Shown: in pieces, positions 56,573 to 62,386 of the stretch | Numbering within the stretch: position 1 is the first letter of the stretch | How the letters are laid out: each line of letters opens with the position of its first letter | Assembly (NCBI GenBank): GCA_045594545.1 | Contig: JAZNYQ010000093.1 | Span: 1 to 62,386, forward strand | Source: Eubacteriales bacterium | GTDB lineage: Bacteria > Bacillota > Clostridia > Oscillospirales > UMGS1783 | DNA: 62,386 nucleotides | Reading direction: 5' to 3' | The notes under the pieces: model-generated | Databases searched by the model: none | What the model was told of the DNA's origin: nothing | The model's input: only the letters and a program-made list of their open reading frames with translations | Made by a program: the position numbers and the translations under genes

Positions 56573-57997
56573 TTACTCCATTTCTTCCCCATACAAAAAC
56601 CATGTTTTTGCCTGGGTTATTTTAATATTACAAAAGGTACCGATCCGATCATCATTTCCCGGGAAAAATACCAATTTGTTACTATCCGTACGACCGGCTA
56701 ACAGGGCTTGATTCTTATCATCGCGCCCCGTGCACAAAACCCGATAGGTCTTCCCTTCGCACTTTTTATTTCTTTGTGCGGATATTTCTTCCTGCGTTTT
56801 TAATAGCCGATCAAAATTCTTCAGTTTATCCGCATAAGGAATTTGCGTAGGCATCGAATAGGCCGGCGTCCCTTTTCTGGGGGAAAAGATAAAGGAAAAC
56901 AGCATTTCATACTCTACTTCCTTTATTAAGGACAGTGTTTGCTCAAAATCATCCACGGTTTCACCGGGAAAGCCGACGATAATATCACTGGTAAAAGTAA
57001 TATCCGGCATGACCTGCTTTGCGTATGCTATCGTATCCAGATATTGCTCCCGTGTGTATTTGCGATTCATGGCAGCCAAAATGCGATTGCTGCCCGACTG
57101 AACGGGAAGATGCAGATGTTTGCACACCTTCTCGGATTTTGCCATAACATCCAGCAGTTGTCGCGTAATATCTTTGGGGTGGGACGTCATAAACTTTATA
57201 CGAAAATCACCGTCTATTTGATTGACTGCTGTTAACAGTCCCGCGAAGTCCATTCCGTTTTCATTATCTTTCCCGTAGGAATTCACATTCTGGCCAAGCA
57301 ATATAACTTCACGGCATCCGGAGTTTACCAAGTCTTTGATTTCATCCAAAATGGGTTGAGGTTCACGGCTTCGCTCTCTGCCTCTTACATAGGGAACAAT
57401 ACAATACGAACAGAAATTATTACAACCGGACATAATGGTAACATATGCCGAGAAACTCTGTGCTCTTGCTTGCGGCAGGCCTTCTGCTATTCTTCCCGGT
57501 TCATCCTGTGCATCTACCACATGTTTCTCACCCGATAAATGACGGCACAGCAATTCCGGCAATCGATAAATGGCATGCGGGCCAAACAACAAATTCACAT
57601 GGCGATATTTTTTTTGAATGATCTCGCTGACATGGGGTTGTTGAGCCATGCAACCACACATACCAATGATAACATGCGGTTTGCTTTCTTTTATTTTTTT
57701 TAGGATTCCGAGATTACCGTAAACACGATCTTCCGCATGTTCGCGCACGGCGCAGGTATTGATGAATAACAGGTCTGCATCTTCACGTTCCGAACAGGGC
57801 ACAAATCCCATTTGCAACAACATACCCATAATTCGTTCCGAGTCGTTTTCATTTTGCTGGCAACCGTATGTGTCGATATGGGCACGCAGAGGACGCCCCA
57901 GCACCAATTCGCGATCATGAAGCATTTCTCGCACCTGCAACATATACGCTTGCTGCTGTTGCAATTCTTGTTCGGTTACTTTATTGCCCTGTATCAT
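56573..57997 (-). CDS. miaB: tRNA-2-methylthio-N6-dimethylallyladenosine synthase
   Basis: ORF 56573..58000 (TTG). The ATG at 57997 lies 8 nt after AGGAG. It has N-terminal Cys triad context, the radical-SAM GCNNFCSYC motif and a C-terminal TRAM domain. Confidence 0.92.
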   Translation of the reverse strand: MIQGNKVTEQELQQQQAYMLQVREMLHDRELVLGRPLRAHIDTYGCQQNENDSERIMGMLLQMGFVPCSEREDADLLFINTCAVREHAEDRVYGNLGILKKIKESKPHVIIGMCGCMAQQPHVSEIIQKKYRHVNLLFGPHAIYRLPELLCRHLSGEKHVVDAQDEPGRIAEGLPQARAQSFSAYVTIMSGCNNFCSYCIVPYVRGRERSREPQPILDEIKDLVNSGCREVILLGQNVNSYGKDNENGMDFAGLLTAVNQIDGDFRIKFMTSHPKDITRQLLDVMAKSEKVCKHLHLPVQSGSNRILAAMNRKYTREQYLDTIAYAKQVMPDITFTSDIIVGFPGETVDDFEQTLSLIKEVEYEMLFSFIFSPRKGTPAYSMPTQIPYADKLKNFDRLLKTQEEISAQRNKKCEGKTYRVLCTGRDDKNQALLAGRTDSNKLVFFPGNDDRIGTFCNIKITQAKTWFLYGEEME

Positions 57998-58029
57998 CAA
58001 GTAAACTCCTACGCTAATCTTATTAGTTT

Positions 58030-58058
58030 ATTTTAACATTATTTCAGAGCAAAGTAAA
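58030..58058 (-). promoter_or_regulatory. Candidate extended -10 promoter for miaB
   Basis: On the minus strand: TTTACT (58053-58058), a 17-nt spacer ending in TGT, then TAAAAT (58030-58035). Confidence 0.45.
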
Positions 58059-58060
58059 GA

Positions 58061-58096
58061 ACAAAAATAAAGACGAACGAGGTTTTCCGTTCGTCT
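58061..58096 (-). terminator. Intrinsic terminator after sigG
   Basis: The minus strand reads AGACGAACG-GAAAACCT-CGTTCGTCT followed by TTATTTTTGTT. Confidence 0.7.
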
Positions 58097-58102
58097 AATC
58101 CC

Positions 58103-58876
58103 TTAAATTTGTCCTTTTATACGATCCAGCGCACTTTTCTCCAGTCGACTGACCTGCGCCTGTGAAATACCGATCTCCTTCGCCACTTCCACCTGTGTTT
58201 TTCCGGCAAAGAAACGCAAGGATAATATTCTCTTCTCCCTTGGCCCCAAATCACGAATGGCCTCTTTCAGCGCAATTTCTTCCAACCAATTATTATCGGT
58301 ATTTCTTGTGTCGCCAACCTGATCCATGACAAAAATGGCATCTGAACCTTCATTGTAAATGGGTTCATACAAACTAACCGGATCCATAATGGCATCCAGC
58401 GCCATAATCACTTCCTCCTTGGGTATATTCAATTCTTTGGCAATTTGCTCTGTCGTTGGATCGCCTATGCCTTGCCGGTTTAATTTTTCTCTGGCTTGTA
58501 GGGCCTTGTATGCAATATCACGCACCGATCGACTGACTCGTATGCTGTTGTTATCCCGTAAATATCTTCGGATTTCACCGATAATCATAGGGACGGCATA
58601 GGTGGACAATTGAACATTTTGTGTTACATCAAAATTGTCAATTGCTTTCATTAGACCGATACATCCTATTTGAAACAGATCATCCAATTCCTCTTTTCTG
58701 CCGGTAAACCGCTGTACGACGCTGAGAACGAGCTTCATATTACCTTTAATCAACTCCTCGCGCGCTGCCATATCTCCATCTTTTACCCGTAGGAGTAATT
58801 CTTTTTTTCTTGCCGATGAGATCACTTTTAATTTTGACGTATCAACCCCGCAGATTTCAACCTTGTAATGATTCAC
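58103..58876 (-). CDS. sigG: Sporulation sigma factor SigG
   Basis: ORF 58103..58885. The GTG at 58876 is 8 nt after GGAG and gives an N-terminus ..NHYKVEICGVDTSKL, matching the B. subtilis SigG start (..NKVEICGVDTSKL). Regions 2-4 are highly similar (DLFQIGCIGLMKAIDNFD, YAVPMIIGEIRRYLRDN). Confidence 0.92.
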   Translation of the reverse strand: MNHYKVEICGVDTSKLKVISSARKKELLLRVKDGDMAAREELIKGNMKLVLSVVQRFTGRKEELDDLFQIGCIGLMKAIDNFDVTQNVQLSTYAVPMIIGEIRRYLRDNNSIRVSRSVRDIAYKALQAREKLNRQGIGDPTTEQIAKELNIPKEEVIMALDAIMDPVSLYEPIYNEGSDAIFVMDQVGDTRNTDNNWLEEIALKEAIRDLGPREKRILSLRFFAGKTQVEVAKEIGISQAQVSRLEKSALDRIKGQI

Positions 58877-58928
58877 AATGTTCACTCCATTTGAATATTT
58901 ATATGAAATTCATATGTAGTAAACAACC

Positions 58929-59642
58929 TTAAGAAATTTTCTCTATTTCACACTTCAATTGGTGCAGTATTTTTTTCTCTAATCGAGAAATATAGGATTG
59001 TGAAATGTGCAGTTCATCTGCAACTTCCCGTTGGGTTCGTTCTTTTTCGCCGCACAAACCAAAACGCATATGTATGATACACTTCTCTCGATCTGACAAC
59101 TTGTTCATGGCCTCAAAAAGCATACTTTTTTCTATTTCCGTTTCAATGTTACGATTCACGGTATCCGGATCGGTTCCGAGAATATCGGAAAGTAATAATT
59201 CGTTTCCATCCCAGTCCACATTCAACGGTTCCTCTATCGATACTTCACTTCGCGTGTTGGTATTCTTTCTTAAAAACATAAGAATTTCATTTTCGATGCA
59301 ACGAGAAGCGTATGTTGCCAGTTTAATGCTTTTGCTCTTTCGAAAGGTGTTTACTGCTTTGATCAACCCTATTGTTCCGATTGAGATCAAATCCTCGATA
59401 TTGATACCTGTATTTTCAAATTTCTTTGCGATATAAACCACAAGACGAAGGTTGTGTTCCACCAATTTGTTTTTCGCCTGTGCATCATCGTATTGCAATA
59501 ATTCTGTAAGTGCATCTTCTGTCTCTCGTGAAAGCGGTGCAGGTAACAAATCAGAGCCATTAATATAGTGGACATCTCCCGTCTGGAATATTCGCCCAAT
59601 TAAAATATATATTTTATTTATTAATCGATGTATCATGATCAA
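58929..59642 (-). CDS. sigE: Sporulation sigma factor SigE (pro-sigma-E)
   Basis: 237-aa ORF with a pro-sequence followed by [50 protein letters not shown] and [14 protein letters not shown]. It is near-identical in pattern to B. subtilis SigE. Confidence 0.93.
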   Translation of the reverse strand: MIMIHRLINKIYILIGRIFQTGDVHYINGSDLLPAPLSRETEDALTELLQYDDAQAKNKLVEHNLRLVVYIAKKFENTGINIEDLISIGTIGLIKAVNTFRKSKSIKLATYASRCIENEILMFLRKNTNTRSEVSIEEPLNVDWDGNELLLSDILGTDPDTVNRNIETEIEKSMLFEAMNKLSDREKCIIHMRFGLCGEKERTQREVADELHISQSYISRLEKKILHQLKCEIEKIS

Positions 59643-60504
59643 TCTCCTTAAAAATATTTGGCGTTAATAAAAGGTCATAATTGTCCATTTTTGTTTTGCT
59701 CACAGCAATTAAAACATTACGGATCGTTACCGTTCGGCCATTGTATGTAAACTGAATATAATCCGGTCGTATTGCCGGCAAAATACCCGTTCCTGTTGCT
59801 GTCTTGCAATAAATGATACGGAGCCGTCCTTGTGTTTTTCCATCCACACCATCAACGTTTCCAAAATCTAAAAATGCGTTTAAATTTTCCGGTAAAAGAT
59901 CCGCAAACCATGTTCGATTGGCCAGCAATACCGGATTTCCACTCACGGGATCTATCAGATCATTTCCCGTATCGACTTTTGCCTTTGCTCTTTTATTGTT
60001 TTGAAACATTTGCACACACACATCGTATTCAATGGCTGGGTTTACTACATATAAAAACGCCTTTGACACAAGAGCAATAATCCCCAGACAAACACCGGAT
60101 GCACAAAGTAACCCAAAGATTGGAATATCTATATACAATATATTATTATTAAATACCATTACACTGCCGACATCTGCATATCGGTAGATCAGAAAAAAAA
60201 TTCCACCAAAAACGATGGCACAGAAAAATGTTAAAAATACATTTTTAACATAGTCCAGAAAATTTACACATTCCATAACAAACCATATACAAACCATGTA
60301 GAGAATTACGGCCAAAACATAATATAGAATGACCCATTCCGATGCAAAGAAAAGCCCTATTGCACAAACAGCCTCTACAGCAGAAGCACACAGAACGCGC
60401 CAAATTATAATTCTTTTCCGTCGTATGAGACATCCTGCTGTATGAATCATTAAATCCATAAGCATATTGACAATGAACAACACATCTGCATAAACCGTCG
60501 TCAT
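59614..60504 (-). CDS. spoIIGA: Sigma-E processing aspartic peptidase SpoIIGA
   Basis: ORF 59614..60579. The likely start is the ATG at 60504 ([17 protein letters not shown]), 5 nt after AGGTG. Five TM segments and the catalytic [13 protein letters not shown] motif. Confidence 0.85.
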   Translation of the reverse strand: MTTVYADVLFIVNMLMDLMIHTAGCLIRRKRIIIWRVLCASAVEAVCAIGLFFASEWVILYYVLAVILYMVCIWFVMECVNFLDYVKNVFLTFFCAIVFGGIFFLIYRYADVGSVMVFNNNILYIDIPIFGLLCASGVCLGIIALVSKAFLYVVNPAIEYDVCVQMFQNNKRAKAKVDTGNDLIDPVSGNPVLLANRTWFADLLPENLNAFLDFGNVDGVDGKTQGRLRIIYCKTATGTGILPAIRPDYIQFTYNGRTVTIRNVLIAVSKTKMDNYDLLLTPNIFKEIDHDTSINK

Positions 60505-60529
60505 GATCACACCTGCCGTTTCCAGAATT

Positions 60530-60563
60530 ATTATAACGACATCGAAGCGCACAAAATGTCTAA
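60530..60563 (-). promoter_or_regulatory. Candidate spoIIG-type promoter with an over-long 22-bp spacer
   Basis: On the minus strand: TTAGAC (60558-60563), a 22-nt spacer, then TATAAT (60530-60535), 25 nt upstream of the spoIIGA ATG. The spacer contains TTCGATGTCGTT (0A-box-like). Confidence 0.45.
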
Positions 60564-60616
60564 ACCAATCTATAAACAAATTTTTTAAAATTACAATGAT
60601 AAATTCAAAATTTTGG

Positions 60617-60646
60617 TTGACAATTCGACTCGTCTTGTGCTATTAT
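60617..60646 (+). promoter_or_regulatory. Sigma-A-type promoter for the tRNA cluster
   Basis: TTGACA (60617-60622), an 18-nt spacer, then TATTAT (60641-60646). An A/T-rich UP-like tract lies upstream. Confidence 0.55.
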
Positions 60647-60672
60647 AATTTGGCACCGATAAGAGATAGCAT

Positions 60673-60746
60673 GCGGGTGTAGTTCAGTGGTAGAATTCCA
60701 GCCTTCCAAGCTGGTTATGTGGGTTCGATTCCCATCACCCGCTCCA
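60673..60746 (+). tRNA. tRNA-Gly (anticodon TCC)
   Basis: Hand-folded cloverleaf: acceptor GCGGGTG/CACCCGC, anticodon arm CCAGC-CTTCCAA-GCTGG, T-loop TTCGATT, and an encoded CCA. Confidence 0.93.
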
Positions 60747-60758
60747 CACTTTCAGCTT

Positions 60759-60835
<77 letters not shown>

Positions 60836-60854
60836 TTTTTTCAACTTAATATAT

Positions 60855-60932
60855 GGTGATTGTAGCTTAGTTGGTTAAAGCGCCAGATTGTGGCTCTGGA
60901 GACCGTGGGTTCGAGTCCCATCTTTCACCCCA
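60855..60932 (+). tRNA. tRNA-His (anticodon GTG) with encoded G-1
   Basis: Hand-folded: an extra 5' G pairs with C73, anticodon arm CCAGA-TTGTGGC-TCTGG, T-loop TTCGAGT, and an encoded CCA. The acceptor stem has two adjacent T:T mismatches (see finding). Confidence 0.85.
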
Positions 60933-60935
60933 TAC

Positions 60936-60970
60936 ATTTCCGAGTGATGCATATCACTCGGAAATTTTTC
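60936..60970 (+). terminator. Intrinsic terminator after the tRNA cluster
   Basis: 13-bp perfect stem ATTTCCGAGTGAT / ATCACTCGGAAAT with loop GCAT, followed by TTTTTC. Confidence 0.8.
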
Positions 60971-60979
60971 TAAAAACTA

Positions 60980-61008
60980 TTGACAATTTTTAATCTAACA
61001 TTTATAAT
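60980..61008 (+). promoter_or_regulatory. Consensus sigma-A promoter for perR-rbr
   Basis: TTGACA (60980-60985), a 17-nt spacer, then TATAAT (61003-61008). Confidence 0.7.
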
Positions 61009-61033
61009 CTTAATAGAAACAAGTTCTATTAAG
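61009..61033. promoter_or_regulatory. Candidate Fur-family (PerR) operator palindrome
   Basis: Perfect 10-bp inverted repeat CTTAATAGAA-ACAAG-TTCTATTAAG. It starts right after the -10 hexamer and spans the predicted transcription start. Confidence 0.45.
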
Positions 61034-61042
61034 GAGAAGGCT

Positions 61043-61426
61043 ATGAGTGATGTCAGAAACACGTTGCAGCGCCGTTTGGTTTTTGATGCTGTAAAATCGC
61101 TTGCTAATCACCCAACGCCGGAAGATGTCTATCTGTACATACATCAACAACATCCATCAATAAGTAAAAGCACGGTGTATCGCAATCTTCATTTTTTATG
61201 CGAAAGCGGACAACTTCTTCATTTGTCAGTGCCCGGTGCTGCGGATCATATCGATCACCAAACGCACAGGCATCATCATTGTGTTTGTCGGCATTGCAAG
61301 CGTGTTTATGATGTTTCGGATTTAGACATTCATCTTCCCCTTCCTCAAAACACGAGCGAATTCAAATTTGAAAAAAGTTATGTATTTTTTTCCGGAATTT
61401 GCTCAAACTGCTCACAGGTAAAATAA
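61043..61426 (+). CDS. perR: Fur-family metalloregulator, probably the peroxide sensor PerR
   Basis: ORF 60980..61426. ATG at 61043 ([11 protein letters not shown]) after AAGGAGAAGG. Winged-helix N-terminus, His-rich [14 protein letters not shown], and C-terminal CSNC. It is co-oriented with rubrerythrin 23 nt downstream. Confidence 0.75.
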   Translation: MSDVRNTLQRRLVFDAVKSLANHPTPEDVYLYIHQQHPSISKSTVYRNLHFLCESGQLLHLSVPGAADHIDHQTHRHHHCVCRHCKRVYDVSDLDIHLPLPQNTSEFKFEKSYVFFSGICSNCSQVK

Positions 61427-61449
61427 TTTTTTTAGAGAGGTATAGAATC

Positions 61450-61992
61450 ATGAAAGAACTCAAAGGAACCAGAACCGAAGCCAACCTGATGGCTGCCTTT
61501 GCCGGCGAATCTCAGGCTCGCAACAAGTACACTTACTATGCATCCAAGGCAAAAAAAGAAGGCTATGTTCAGATCGCAAAGATTTTTGAGGAGACCGCCA
61601 ACAATGAAAAAGAGCATGCCAAAATTTGGTTTAAGCTTCTCCATGACGGCGATATCCCCACTACCGCAACCAACCTGTTAGATGCGGCCGAGGGTGAGAA
61701 TTACGAATGGACCGATATGTATGCCGGCTTTGCCAAGGAAGCCAAAGAAGAAGGTTTTGATACGATCGCCTATCTGTTCGAGGCTGTTGCCAAGATCGAA
61801 AAAGAGCACGAGGAGCGTTATCGCAAGCTTCTTGCTAACGTTGAAAACGGTCTGGTCTTCAGCCGTGACGGCGACATGATCTGGCAGTGCTCCAACTGCG
61901 GACATATCGTAGTTGGTAAAAAAGCTCCTGAACTTTGCCCCGTTTGCAAGCACGCCAAGGCCTATTTCGAAATCAAAGCAGAAAACTATTAA
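61450..61992 (+). CDS. rbr: Rubrerythrin
   Basis: ORF 61399..61992. ATG at 61450 ([27 protein letters not shown]). Diiron helix motifs ([18 protein letters not shown]) and a C-terminal rubredoxin-like CSNCGH...CPVCKH. Confidence 0.92.
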   Translation: MKELKGTRTEANLMAAFAGESQARNKYTYYASKAKKEGYVQIAKIFEETANNEKEHAKIWFKLLHDGDIPTTATNLLDAAEGENYEWTDMYAGFAKEAKEEGFDTIAYLFEAVAKIEKEHEERYRKLLANVENGLVFSRDGDMIWQCSNCGHIVVGKKAPELCPVCKHAKAYFEIKAENY

Positions 61993-61997
61993 TCAAA

Positions 61998-62030
61998 AAA
62001 GCCGACAGCAAATGCTGTCGGCTTTCTTCA
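61998..62030. terminator. Bidirectional intrinsic terminator between rbr (+) and the IS30 transposase gene (-)
   Basis: 12-bp stem AAAGCCGACAGC / GCTGTCGGCTTT with loop AAAT. The T tract is stronger on the minus strand (TTTTTTGATT) than on the plus strand (CTTC). Confidence 0.75.
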
Positions 62031-62045
62031 TGATGAATTGTCAAA

Positions 62046-62386
62046 CTAAGTGCAACACTTTTTAAGAGAAAGTTCGAACAAATCTATCGGTTTTTGAAAA
62101 CCTAAAACCTTTTTGGGCCTGGCGTTGATCAACGCCAGGTTCTTTTTTAGCGTTGAAGGACTAACTCGCGAAAGATTTCTGCCTTTTGGATAAAACTCAC
62201 GGAGCAAGCCATTCAAATTCTCGTTTGTCCCCTTTTGCCAAGCACAGTATGGATCCGCAAAATAGACGTTGCAGCCGAGCTGTTCCTCGATCATCTGCCA
62301 ATTAGCAAACTCGGTGCCACGGTCACAGGTAATTGTCTTAACCGCTTCATCAGGGAACTCTGACAATGCTGCAATAATCGCCTTTG
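62046..62386 (-). mobile_element. IS30-family transposase gene, C-terminal part only (5' end lies beyond the window)
   Basis: The reading frame stays open to the window edge. DDE-domain tail motifs CDRGTEFANW and YCAWQKGTNENLNGLLREFYPKG...INARPKKVLGF are typical of IS30 transposases. Confidence 0.85.

Noticed and set aside
58886-58928. Search for a sigma-F/sigma-G promoter for sigG in the sigE-sigG gap.
   Set aside because: The CATATGA/CATATAA elements are present, but no -35 (GnATR) lies at the right spacing within the 42-nt gap. Any promoter would extend into sigE, and I cannot support it from sequence alone.
59005-59436. 143-aa plus-strand ORF antisense to sigE.
   Set aside because: sigE is unambiguous on the minus strand. 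The antisense ORF is Ser/Phe-rich with no start context.

Overview
This window is mostly core chromosome from an endospore-forming Firmicute, probably Clostridia-like. That call rests on gene content and on synteny with known Bacillus/Clostridium gene blocks. About 70 protein genes are tightly packed, mostly on the minus strand. Recognisable blocks, left to right:

- xer-type recombinase, then prmA.
- M18 aminopeptidase, coaE, tsaC/sua5, prfA, plus a 59-aa DUF951 gene that is absent from the ORF track.
- ruvX, a split TSUP transporter, hemW-lepA, isocitrate dehydrogenase and aconitase.
- tsaD-rimI, a YwlE-like phosphatase, and polA.
- rlmB, an 838-aa P-type-ATPase-like membrane protein, and dpaA-dpaB.
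- An orphan 197-aa gene.
- folD-lgt, two M16 peptidases, a 582-aa membrane glycosyltransferase-like protein with a 116-aa partner, YitT and mrnC.
- recR-ybaB-dnaX-ffs (SRP RNA).
- rpe-gph, carD-ispD-ispF, and a stand-alone pduL.
- An anchored SGNH hydrolase, then ligA-yunB.
- A MacB-type permease and adaptor with no ATPase gene.
- thiT behind a TPP riboswitch.
- rluD-lspA, and divIVA-ylmH-yggT-sepF-yggS.
- miaA-mutL-mutS, ymcA-like, miaB.
- sigG-sigE-spoIIGA.
- tRNA-Gly/Arg/His.
- perR-rubrerythrin.
- An IS30-family transposase cut off by the window edge.

I saw no CRISPR array, prophage, toxin-antitoxin pair or recognisable defence cluster.

The least explained parts, and my best candidates for new biology, are:

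- The motif-degenerate P1B-ATPase-like protein next to dpaAB.
- The stand-alone cyclic-glucan-synthase-like (GT84-like) membrane module with its small partner.
- The self-contained 197-aa orphan gene.
- The ATPase-less permease/adaptor pair, which sits behind about 190 nt of unassigned structured DNA.

All family assignments come from motifs I recognised by eye. No searches were run.
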